Source: Mustelus asterias (Eukaryota). Taken from it: a stretch of DNA of 64,000 nt. The DNA is taken from NCBI RefSeq assembly GCF_964213995.1, contig NC_135804.1, forward strand, positions 49,786,001-49,850,000, read 5' to 3'. Below, piece by piece: positions 39,161 through 50,460 of this stretch (its first letter is position 1; each line of letters opens with the position of its first letter). The notes under the pieces were generated by a model, which was not told the DNA's origin, ran no database searches, and worked only from the letters and a program-made list of their open reading frames with translations. The translations under genes and the position numbers were made by a program.

Positions 39161-39800
39161 CTGTGAGGAAGGGTTCATAGAGACGACAATTAAATCAGAG
39201 CAGCTTAAAAGGTATAAAAATGCTGGAAATCTGAAATAAAAACAAAATGCTGAAAATACTCAGCTGATCAGGCAGCATCAATGGAGAGATCTGATGAAAG
39301 GTCATCAAAAAATTATTTCTCTCTCCACAGGTGCTGCCTGACCTACTGAATATGTGCAGCACTTTCTGGCTTTATTTGAACTTAAATATACTTTTGCTAC
39401 AAGCAGGAGAGAAAGTAGACCTTGTTTCGTCCATTTTCTACAAATGATTTCTCAACTTATAATCGGTTCCACACAAACAAAACACACGGCAAGTGGTTAG
39501 AACATCCTTTTAATCATCCCCGGTGAGTGTCTGAAACCAGTGTTAGGCCCATTGCCTTTGCAAATGGAGGTTTAATGCCTGCCTCATACTTCCTTTGCTA
39601 AAGTTTACTTTGGGTCTTGAAGATGTCAAACCAACAGTCCTAAGAAGAGCTCACTAGAGGCCACTGCCAAATAGAAAAGTTACAAAGTTCTGATTCGATG
39701 TTTGTGAATATGTGGTAGCTAAATATGTGTCTACCCGAGATTTCATTGTAAATGATGTTCTATTATTCTACGAGATAAGCTATAATATAATTAATGTTAC

Positions 39801-39904
39801 CTGCAGGGAGACCTGCCATGGCCAGGATCCCGGTTTAGCAACCTGTCCATTAACAATTCTGGAAGTATAAGTTTCAGTGGGGTCGACTGATGGAGCACCG
39901 GCAA
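39801..39904 (-). CDS. CTRL: CTRL-like chymotrypsin exon 2 (activation peptide, IVNG)
   Basis: ttgcag|(V)[34 protein letters not shown]|gtaaca. 104 nt. Confidence 0.9.
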
Positions 39905-40072
39905 CTGCAAAAACATTTTTATTAATAGCAAAAAATATTTTCATTTATTTTCCTTTTATAAAAGAACTGAATGTCAGCATTTGTCTTTTTAACAAGGACT
40001 TGATTAACAAGATTGCATTTATATTTCTACTGAGTCTCCTGTGAGTTTGTGGAATGTGGCAGTATTGACTTA

Positions 40073-40338
40073 GTAAGAAGTCTCACAACACCAGGTTAAA
40101 GTCCAACAGGTTTATTTGGTAGCAAACGCCACTAGCTCTTGGAGCGCTGCTCCTTCGTCAGGTGAGTGGGGGATCTGTTCACAAATCTGTTTGTTAGCAG
40201 ATCTCCCACTCACCTGACGAAGGAGCAGCGCTCTGAAAGCTAGTGGCGTTTGCTACCAAATAAACCTGTTGGACTTTAACCTGGTGTTGTGAGACTTCTT
40301 ACTGTGTTTACCCCAGTCCAACGCCGGCATCTCCACAT
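40073..40338. mobile_element. Palindromic Penelope-derived element with hammerhead motifs; 13-bp TSD
   Basis: Same family as 32041. TSD CAGTATTGACTTA at 40060-40072 and 40339-40351. The plus-strand motif is at 40211-40245. The minus-strand arm has GAAA changed to AAGA. Confidence 0.8.
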
Positions 40339-40600
40339 CAGTATTGACTTACCCAGTGAACATTCTTCAAATTAAAAGCATTCTAGCTGTTCCACCAAAT
40401 CCAACTGAAGTTGCTAAAAACCAAGAATTATTTCAACTTGAACATATATTTTGTGTGAATGAAAGCGATTGCATCACATAAAACTAATGCACGTTTGGCA
40501 GTGAGACACCAAGGATTTCCTTCAATATAGGAATTAAAATAATTGTTAGTTAATATTTTCACATAAAAGATCAAATTGTTTTATTGGAGCTATCTCTTAC

Positions 40601-40649
40601 CAGCTGTTACTGTTGTGATAGCGAGACAGACAATCCAAAAAAAAGCCAT
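40601..40649 (-). CDS. CTRL: CTRL-like chymotrypsin exon 1 (signal peptide)
   Basis: MAFFWIVCLAITTVTA+G|gtaaga. The seven exons sum to 786 nt (261 aa plus stop). Confidence 0.85.
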
Positions 40650-41317
40650 TCTTGCCTTTCTTGTTTGGTTGCTGTCTGCTCATGCTAGCTGCCTTTTACA
40701 ATTTTTGTTCAGCTGTTAGCGATATCTGGAACTGATACGGAATATTAATTCACCAATTAGACGATAGCCATGGAGGTAGATTACCGAAACCAACATATAT
40801 TGGACACGTTTGTTCAGTTAGAATGCTCTGATCAAAATACTTTTCTAATTCAGGTGGGAAAGAAAATAAGCCTCCTATGTGGCAAAATTGGTCATTTTTA
40901 TTTACTTTTATTGCATCTCCATTGCTCCTGAATTAATTCACTTTTTCACTTACTTTCACTGACAAAGCGTCATTTGCTTCTTCCCCCTTTTCAGCCCATT
41001 TGCCACTGAAACCCTACGATGGCTTTGTTATCTCCAGACTTGACTATTCTGATGTCCTCCTGGCCAGCCTCCTATTTTTCACAGGCTTCAACTCATTCAA
41101 AACTCTACCACACATATCCTATCCCACAACAAGACCCTCTCATCCATTGTCTCTATCTTTGCTGTCTGAGCCACATTGGCACCTGGTCCTTCAGCACCTC
41201 AGACATAAAACTCTCTTCCTTGTGTTTAAAGTCCTTCATGGCTCTGCCCTTCCGATCTTCTACAGCCTCATACAACCCCTGAACTCTCCATTCCTCTAAC
41301 CGTAGTCTTTTGTGCAT

Positions 41318-41976
41318 TGTCCCACATTGGTGACCCTGCTACATAGGCTCTAGGCTTTGGAATGTCTTTCCTAAATTCCTCTGCCTCTCCTTCTGCCCTT
41401 TGTTGTTGTTTCTCACTGTGTATACTTCCTCCTTTATCACCACTCCTCCACCTTGCTACTTCCACCATCCTGTAGCTGAGAGGACATTTAGCCAAATACC
41501 CTTTAAGATGCTCGCAACTGTAAATCCCATTTGAAGGTTTTCACTCCTGTTAAGGACCAGACAAGAAACTCCAAAGTATTTTCTGAAGTTAGTCTAGATC
41601 CTAACTTTTACATTTGATTTTTGGCATTACGGTGAGCATAAGGTGTTTCACTCCAGAAAAGAGAGACATTGCTCTCTCTCAACTCAAAAGCAGCTGCTCA
41701 GCTTGAATTCTCTATACAAGCCGCGTTTCACCCCATTACATGACCATACCTGTCAATCATCCCAATCAAGCCCTACTCTGCAAAATCCCAGGGGAACAGC
41801 AGAACAGCATTAGATTAAGCAATTATGCTTATGCAGCAACAATATAGGATGTCGGTTGTGGACAGAATGTATACACAGTGAGAAACAACAACAAAGGGCA
41901 GAAGGAGAGGCAGAGGAATTTAGGAAAGACATTCCAAAGCCTAGAGCCTATGTAGCAGGGTCACCAATGTGGGACA
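41318..41976. repeat. Perfect 108-bp inverted duplication (41318-41425 / 41869-41976)
   Basis: The arms are exact reverse complements by manual comparison, with a 443-bp spacer. Confidence 0.9.
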
Positions 41977-42499
41977 GAATGACAAAATGGAAGCAAATGC
42001 TAGAAACATCCTTCACAGAAACATGACTATAATACATCTCTTAAAGGCACAGTATCATCACACTCCGTTGTCTCTCTCTGAATCCTCTGAATCTGGATAC
42101 ATTTGTATCAAACCACAATGCTGTATAATGTTCTCATTGGGACTTTACGCATTAGACCTGAATTATTCTTATTGTCACAGGATAGAAACCTGTGGAATTA
42201 TTGAAACAAAAAGAGTTAAAAATGCAAGTTGTGTTCAGTGATTGGAATGAATGCTCATCTGGCATTCTGCGTCCTATTTAATGAAATAAACCAATTAAAA
42301 GTAAGGAAGTAATTAAACAAAGGGCCACATTAGAATTAGCCTAATCCTCAATCGATCCTCATGTTTTCTATTCGTCAAGCTACTACATTATTTATATGAT
42401 GCTACAGTATTGGTAATTAGTTGGAAAAGAAAAATTACTAATGACAATGCAAATAGCACAAGAAACAAGTGGTGGGGCTGATAGTTATAAAAATAAATT

Positions 42500-43487
42500 A
42501 CATAAAATCCCTAATGCAGAAGGAAACTATTCGGCACATTGAGACAGCACTAACTCTGCAAAAGATCATTTTCACCCTGCTCTATCCCCGCAACCCCATG
42601 TATTTACCCTGCTAATCACCCTGAACTACACATTTTGGGACACTAAGGGATAATTTAGCATGGTGAATGCACCGAACCTGCACATCTTTGGACTGTGGGA
42701 GGAAACTGGAGCACCTGGAGGAAACCCACGCACAGGGAGAATGTGCAAACTCCACACAGAGAGGCACCCAAGGCTGGAATCAAACTTGGTTCCATAGAAC
42801 CATAGAAAATTACAGCTCAGAAACAGGCCTTTTGGCCCTTCTTGTCTGTGCCGAACCATTTTATGCCTAGTCCCACTGACCTGCACTTGGACCATATCCC
42901 TCCACATCCCTCTCATCCATGAACCCGTCCAAGTTTTTCTTAAATGTTAAAAGTGACCCCGCATTTACCACTTTATCCGGCAGCTCATTCCACACTCCCA
43001 CCACTCTCTGCGTGAAGAAGCCCCCCCTAATATTCCCTTTAAACTTTTCTCCTTTCACCCTTAACCCATGCCCTCTGGTTTTTTTCTCCCCTAGCCTCAG
43101 CGGAAAAAGCCTGCTTGCATTCACTCTATCTATACCCATCAAAATCTTATACACCTCTATCAAATCTCCCCTCAATCTTCTACGCTCCAGGGAATAAAGT
43201 CCCAACCTATTCAATCTCTCTCTGTAACTCAGCTTCTCAAGTCCCGGCAACATCCTTGTGAACCTTCTCTGCACTCTTTCAATCTTATTTACATCCTTCC
43301 TGTAACTAGGTGACCAAAACTGTACACAATACTCCAAATTCGGCCTCACCAATGCCTTATATAACCTTACCATAACACTCCAACTTTTATACTCGATACT
43401 CCGATTTATAAAGGCCAATGTACCAAAGGCACTCTTTACGACTGGCGCTGTGAGGCAGCAGTGCTAACCATTATGCCACTGTGCCAT
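42500..43487 (-). mobile_element. HE1-like SINE interrupted by a CR1 fragment (42792-43441, minus)
   Basis: SINE halves flank a CR1 with ORF LYKALVRPNLEYCVQFWSP... and a TTCTATGG tail. Confidence 0.85.
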
Positions 43488-44868
43488 GTAATGCAGCATA
43501 TAATTTGGGAGTTCGAAGGAAAATAGTTGGGGATGTTACTGCCAGGGAAAGTTGATGGTCATTGGTCGGGGAGACAGGTAAATGAGACTGCAGGTAGGTG
43601 GTCTTCCTGAAGTGGCACAAATGACAACAGGAGCTGATGTGATTAACCGGAAGGAAAAACTTGCATTCATATAGCGCCTTTCATGTCCTCTGGATGCCCT
43701 AAAGAGCTTTTGAATTGTGGTTACTGTTTTGAAGTGGGGCAACTTGTGTTTAGACTGGGAAGAATGCAGTGCAATTGTCACAGTCCTCCAGAGTGGAAAT
43801 GGCACATTTTTCCTTCTGTATTCTTCCAACAACATCTGTGAACTATTTGCATCTTTCCATTTTGCAGACTGCCCACATGTATAAGTATTTGTAGTTATGG
43901 TTCTGACTGCAGCTCTGGAATTTTATTTAATGAATTTGTTATTTTTCTATCAATATGCGTCTAAAATATCATTTTTCAGTAGCATTATTCTAACAGATGC
44001 ATGCATTGCATGTTTTAACGTATGCTTCAACGTATGTATGTCTGTGTATTTCTGAACTGAGATGAAAAGGACTTTCTTCACTCAGAGGGTGCTGAATCTT
44101 TGGGATTCTCTACTCCAGAGGGCCGAGGAAACTCAGTCATCGAATATGTTCAAGACAGAAGTGATCGATTTCTAGATATAAAAGATATCAAGGGATATGG
44201 GATAGTGCGGAGAAATGGCATTGAGATAGAAGATCTGGTTGAATGGTGGAGCAGTTGGCCTGCTTCTGTTTCTATTGCCTATGTCCCTATACATACAGCT
44301 ATCTGCCCGATGGGTACACAATTCAAAAAATAAAACACTTCATCAATGTAGAGCTGTTGTTAAAGAGTTTGTGTGAAATATAGAAAAGCTGACTGAAGGT
44401 TAATACACCAGCCTCTTATGTTCTCACCATTAATTATGCTGAACATGGGCATCAAGGTTATGTTTGTGATAAAATTGGCTTAATGCTTAAACAAGGACAA
44501 ACATGAGGCATGTTTTATTACATAGCGACTAAACATTATCTGGAAACTGCCATTATTTGGCACAGTGAGTGCCCTGGGTGGGAGCAGAAAGTTACAAAGC
44601 CACGGTGTGAATGGCCAAAACAAACGGAATTCAACGTGGGCAAGTGCAATGTTTAGACTTGCGAAGGATGGAACAGAGTTTTTCTAAATGTTCAGAAGCT
44701 CGGGACTGTGGGGTTTAGGGGTCTATATTCAGAACTCACAAAACCCAGCAGCCAATTCAAAACATTAAATTAGAAAGGTTAATGAATCTCAATCTCAAAA
44801 GGGTCATAACACAAAGGGGAGGAAGTTATGCTACAGCTGTACAGAGCCCTGGTTGGAGGCATCTAGAG

Positions 44869-45189
44869 TAGAATCATAGCATCCCTACAGTGCAGAAGGA
44901 GACCATTCGGCCCATCGAGTCAGCACTGGCCACAATCCCACCCAGGCCCTATTCCCATAACCCCACGCATTTACCCAGCTAATCCCCGACACTAGGATCA
45001 ATTTAGCATGGCCAATCAACCTAAGCCGCACATCTTTGGACTGTGGGAGGAAACCGGAGCACCCGGAGGAAACCCATGCAGACACGGGGAGAATGTGCAA
45101 ACTCCATACAGACAGTGACCCGAGTCCAGAATTGAACCTGGGTCCCTGGCGCTGTGAGGCAGCAGTGCTAACCACTGGCCCACCATGCC
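44869..45189 (-). mobile_element. HE1-like SINE (CR1-type tail)
   Basis: Full head, core and tail. Confidence 0.8.
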
Positions 45190-45487
45190 TCCTTCTGCAT
45201 TCAGTTCTGGATCCTGTACCTCAGCAGCAATATATCAACCTTAGAGGAGTCTTACGCTGATGGTAAATATGAGGGTATCCCAAAACTCAGAAGGGTAATT
45301 TGAAACACAGGCTCTTACTGGTATATACTTTTACTTTGATATAATATGAGAAAAGATATGCAAACCAGGAAGCAGCAGCATAGTCTTGTTAAGATCAATT
45401 CATAAAGAATATAACTTAAAAGAAAACACACAGCAAGAAATACACCACAACAGTGTATTTAATTACACTAATGGCTATATACGCACA

Positions 45488-45939
45488 GTAAGAAGTCTAA
45501 CAACATCAGGTTAAAGTCCAACAGGTTTATTTGGTAGCAAATGCCACTAGCTTTCGGAGCGCTGCTCTTTCGTCAGGTGGAGTGGGAGATCTGTTCACAA
45601 ACAGGGCATACAGAGACACAAACTCAATTTACAGAATAATGATTGGAATGTGAGTCTTTACAACTAATCAAGTCTTAAAGGTACAGACAATGTGAGTGGA
45701 GAGAGCATTAAGCACAGGTTAAAGAGATGTGTATTGTCTCCAGACAGGACAGCTAGTGAGATTTTGCAAGTCCAGGCAAGTTGTGGGGGTTACAGATAGT
45801 GTGACATGGACCCAAGATCCCGGTTGAGGCCGTCCTCATGTGTGCGGAACTTGGCTATCAGTTTCTGCTCAGCGATTCTGCGTTGTCGTGTGTCGTGAAG
45901 GCCGCCTTGAAGAACACTTACCCGAAGGTCAGAGGTCGA
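45488..45939 (-). mobile_element. Penelope-like retroelement 3' fragment (GIY-YIG C-terminus plus pLTR with hammerhead)
   Basis: Minus-strand translation STSDLRVSVLQGGLHDTRQRRIAEQKLIAKFRTHEDGLNRDLGSMSHYL* has the E...GLN motif of PLE endonucleases. It is followed by the same terminal sequence as the 32041 and 40073 arms. Confidence 0.8.
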
Positions 45940-46721
45940 AAAAAGATCATTAAAACCAGCTGGCTCCATTCAGGCTGGTAGTCAAAGGACTCTGGGCTGA
46001 CCTACACTCTGTAGCCTCTGAACAGTGTTCAGAACACACTGTAAATAAAGGGTGATTGGTGACGGAACACAGGCCTCAGTGAGATTATTTCAGCCCCTTT
46101 GCCCAAACAACATCCAATATTATATCTAAGCTAAACCCAGCATATGAGTACCATCCCACAGGTTATTTTTCAGGTTTGGGGAAACCATCTTCAGCTTCAG
46201 TGTAGAAACCCTTTGATTTTAAACAGCAGCCTTTTAGCAACAACCTGTTTTTGGGAGAGCCTGTTTTCTGCAGCTGGGTGTGGCTACGATGGTAGCTGCT
46301 CCCTCACTCTCTTCTCCAGTCATCTTGGTATGGGAAAAATCATTTCTTCCTTTGATGTTACCCACCCCCTGGACCCAATTTTTAGCAGATAGGTTCAAAT
46401 TATTCCCTTATCTTACCACTTTGAAGTCATTTCTTCGATACATCATTGTTTTCCCCTAGCCTCTGAGGGAAACACTTATTTTCCTGCTGCTGTGCTAATT
46501 CACATGTCAAAATCACCTCTTCAGCCAGCTGGACTTATCCAGCCCTCCTTTTGTCCCATTTCGCGACTTTATATTATCCCAATTTCATTTAATGTCTTGG
46601 TTTTCCTCAGTTCTTTACAGGGGTGTTGACAGGGGTTTTCTTTTGAGGCTGTGTACAGCTAAACTTAAGCTAAACACAGAGACTCATGAAACTCAGTGTA
46701 CCGATTTTAAGATGCGCCTTA

Positions 46722-47045
46722 TGATGCGCGTTATTACACACGAGGCTTGAGATGCTCAAGGAAATAAAGGCTTTTATTACAACAAAGCTACCATATATAG
46801 TACACGATCCCAGACTGAGGGATCCCAGACAGAGCAGTGACCTTTATACCTCTCCCAGGAGGCGGAGCCCGACTGGGATGTACCATAATAACTATAATAC
46901 AGGTGTAACAGCCCAACCCTAACCCCAAAAGCAACAAGTAGAACAACCCATCCCTAACCCCAACAGCAACATATATACAGACTCGTAGTACTGGCCAGAC
47001 CCTGGCTCAGTACTACCTAGTGGGAACCAACGATGGTTCACCACA
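46722..47045 (-). mobile_element. Solo LTR with 5-bp TSD (CCTTA)
   Basis: TG...CA termini, with CCTTA at 46717-46721 and 47046-47050. TATAAA and AATAAA occur in order on the minus strand. Confidence 0.75.
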
Positions 47046-48233
47046 CCTTATTAACCAAATGATCAAATGGGAGAATGGTATAAAGTCGCCCAGCACTCCG
47101 GATAGAGAATGCGAGCAGCCCAATATCACTGTGAAATACAATGACTCTGTGAGGGCAATTATACATTTTCAAAATCATATTTTCCACTTTCCCGGTGGGC
47201 ATAATCCAGTAAACACTAATACAAATCAGTCAATAATCATCACTGTCATTATCTCCAGCCAATAACAATATACATCCTGATCGCATGGGATCTCATTTGT
47301 CATTAGTTACGGACATTACCTCCCTTCTGTTGCCCAGCAACACAGAACATCGGACAGTGAGACGGAAGAATGATTCCCACCACTCAAACCCATGTGACAC
47401 TTGTCCGACCCTGAGAAAACCCTGGTGTCTGCCTTGCACCTGTGTTATCAGCTTGGAGGCACACAGTGGGGCACTCACTCACCTATTGTCTAAACACAAG
47501 ATCAGCGTAGAGGAACCAGGAAGTGATGCCTGCTTGGCAACCAACGCATCCCCCGGAGCAAGGGGTGATCCAATATGACGGGAAGGTAAAGCCTGTGAGT
47601 GATCCATGCACACTGCCACCGCACCCGCCAAACCCTTACCCCCCCCCCAACTCCCTGATAATGACACTGGTCCTCATCTCCCTGGTCCAAGCTGCACTTC
47701 CCTGGGTCCCCAGCATTCTCCCTGCTGCCTCTTGAATGTTGGACTACCCGAGAAGTAATGGCTGCCTGAGTGCTTACCTCTGATATTTGCCTTGGAGGTG
47801 ACGACACCAGGTTCACGCTGATGTAGAGCTGTTAGAACTGGCGCCGGCGTGACATGGTGCCAATGCCAGCTGAATATTCAGTGTGGCCTCAATATCCGCC
47901 CTGAGTGCTTGCTAATGATATGCTGATGCATTCAAATTAGGTTCACACCCTTCCCCAGCGTGTTCCACATCACTGTGGGTGAGGTTAGTTCGAAGTCAGA
48001 AAATCTGATCTTGCCGGTGAGATTCACGTTTTTTCAAACTCTCTGCATTTTGAGCTTGCGCACATTCCCGTGCACGGAGAGAGTGGGCACAAAATCCCGC
48101 TCATTGTTTCTATGTTATGTTGAACCAGGTCTATGTGGTTTTTCTAAAGCTTCTGTCCCCATTTACTTTTTCTCTCACTCTGCTTGAGCAATGGCAGAAT
48201 TCTAGTATCTGGGCATATTGCATGTTAATTCTT

Positions 48234-48553
48234 TAGAATCATAAAATCCCTACAGTGCAGAAGGAGCCCATTCAGCCCATTGAGTTTGCACCGACCTCAA
48301 TCCCACCCAGGACCTATTCCCATAACCCCACGTATTTACCCTGCTAATCCCCTGACACTAGGGTCAATTTAGTTTGGCCAATCACCTAACCCGCACTGGA
48401 CTGTGGTAAGAAACTGGAGCACCTGGAGGAAACCCACGCAGACACGGAGAGAACGTGCAAACTCCACACAGATAGTGACCCAAGGCCAGGATTGAACCCA
48501 GGTCCCTGGCGCTGTGAGTCAGCAGTGCTAACCACTGTGCCACTGTGCCGCCC
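48234..48553 (-). mobile_element. HE1-like SINE (CR1-type tail)
   Basis: Full head, core and tail. Confidence 0.8.
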
Positions 48554-50021
48554 ACAGTGGCAACAAACACTGTCACAATGCTAGCTGTTCTAATTCAGGG
48601 ACATTAAAGGAATTCGAGTATGCGCTTGCAACTTCACGTAGATATTGACTGGGGATGAGAAAGCACTTCCATTTTCCCCAGACCCACCCTCTGATTTAGT
48701 TAAGTGTCCAGATAGATGGTGCGTGATGTAGATCTCTAACACACAATACTGTCTCCTGGGACACTTTACTGGCACCTCATTTACGTGATTCATTGAAGCA
48801 ATTTCCGGAACTACCATGAGGCATGGATGAAAGTTGCAGGTTGACAACTTAAATAAAAAATCTTTGTAAGCATATTCTCTGATTCTCCAAGAATACGGGT
48901 AGATTTTTAAACTGGCTTTACTGAAACTCTTCAACTGAATTATCGCGGATTAGCATCCTGCCTCCAGATTTCTCTGATCAATCAGAGAGGATGATACGTC
49001 GGATGTGTTGAAGGAAGGATTTGTAATTAAATGAGCACTGCGGATAGCAACCTCCCCCCTCCCTGCCGCCCCCACCACCACCACCCCCCCCCCCCCCCCC
49101 ACCCCCACCCCATCCCCAGACTAGTGGGTCAGCTACTGAGGGGATTTTTAAACTTTACAATCCACCTTGGGTCACCCTCCCTCTCATTTACCTCAAAAAG
49201 GCAGCCTGCTTCCTTTTTTCAATGCCTGAAGGCCTTTTTTCCATTCATTCGTGGGACATGGGCTGGCCAGCATTTATTGCCCATTCCTAGTTGCCTGAGG
49301 GCAGTTGAGTGTCAACCACATTGCTGTTGCTTTGGAGTCACATGGAGGCCAGACTAGGTCAGGATGGCAGATTTCCTTTCCTAAAATACATTAGTGAACC
49401 AGATGGGTTTTTCTGACAATCGACAAAGGCTTCATGGTCATCAGTAGATTCTTAAGGGAGGTTTGCAGAGACCCGGGGCATTGGGACCAATTCTGGGGTA
49501 GGATGAACCTGTAGAAGATGGACAGGTTGCACCTCAATGGAAATGAGACCAATGTTCGTGTAGAAAACATGGTTCATGTTGCCTATATGAACTTTCAAAA
49601 GGTGTTTGATTAAGTATCACATAATAGATTAAATCGCAAAATTGAAGCATGTGGGGTTAAAGGAGTAGTGGTAGAAAGGAATAAATGCGAACCTTTCTGC
49701 ACATTTCTTAGTGTCCAGAAGCTGGAGTGTGAGGAATGGAAATGTCACACAAGTTTGTAGATAATAATATATATTATCTATTTTCAAAGTTTGCACCCTG
49801 CTGCAAAAATATGAAACAATATTTTATGACATGGTAAACTCTTTTAAGATCACCTTGTGAGGTAACAAATGAGAAACAAAGTACCCAACACAAATTGTGG
49901 AGGAAGAGGGGCAACTATAACGATTTAGTTTCTTATTTCAGTTGAATGAAATTAACTGTCCCTCTTTCAAGTATCTAGGATACGGGGAAAAAAAGCCACT
50001 TTACATTGACTTGGCAAGTTC

Positions 50022-50027
50022 TTTATT
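50022..50027 (-). terminator. Polyadenylation signal of the chymotrypsin A/B-like gene
   Basis: AATAAA ~30 nt after the stop codon. Confidence 0.7.
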
Positions 50028-50058
50028 TTAAAACCAATTAAACTTTAAGTCAGTTCCT

Positions 50059-50220
50059 CTAATTGGCAGCAATTGTGTCCACAATCCAGGAGTGGAACTC
50101 AGTCACTCTCGCATAGACTGCAGGGATTCGGGTGGAGCAGTAACCACTGCCCCAGGAAACGATGCCCACCAGATACCAGGCTCCTCCATCTTGGCAGACA
50201 AGAGGTCCACCTGAGTCACC
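50059..50220 (-). CDS. Chymotrypsin A/B-like exon 7 (Ser195, stop)
   Basis: ctgcag|[53 protein letters not shown]. Confidence 0.9.
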   Translation of the reverse strand, partial: GDSGGPLVCQDGGAWYLVGIVSWGSGYCSTRIPAVYARVTEFHSWIVDTIAAN

Positions 50221-50326
50221 CTGCAGGAAGAGGACAAACCAATTCAACGTGATTATTACAAATTGACAATAAAAAATGATTATTTAATGCAGTGCAATAT
50301 TTTTGAGTGTGACGTATTTTCCATAC

Positions 50327-50460
50327 CATGCAGGAGGTAGCACCAGCACCACCAGCACAAATCATGACGTCCGTGATTTTGTTGCCCCAGTAGATCTGGC
50401 ACTGAGAGGTGGGAAGGAGAGGAAGGGCCGCTTGCTGCAGTTGGCATGGTGTATTGCTCG
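50327..50460 (-). CDS. Chymotrypsin A/B-like exon 6
   Basis: cacag|(A)[44 protein letters not shown]|gtatgg. 134 nt. Confidence 0.9.

Noticed and set aside
40700-40865. PTF1 pancreatic enhancer (E-box plus TC-box)
   Set aside because: E-boxes (CAGCTG ~40710, CAGGTG ~40851) are present, but the TC-box order and spacing do not fit the bipartite consensus.
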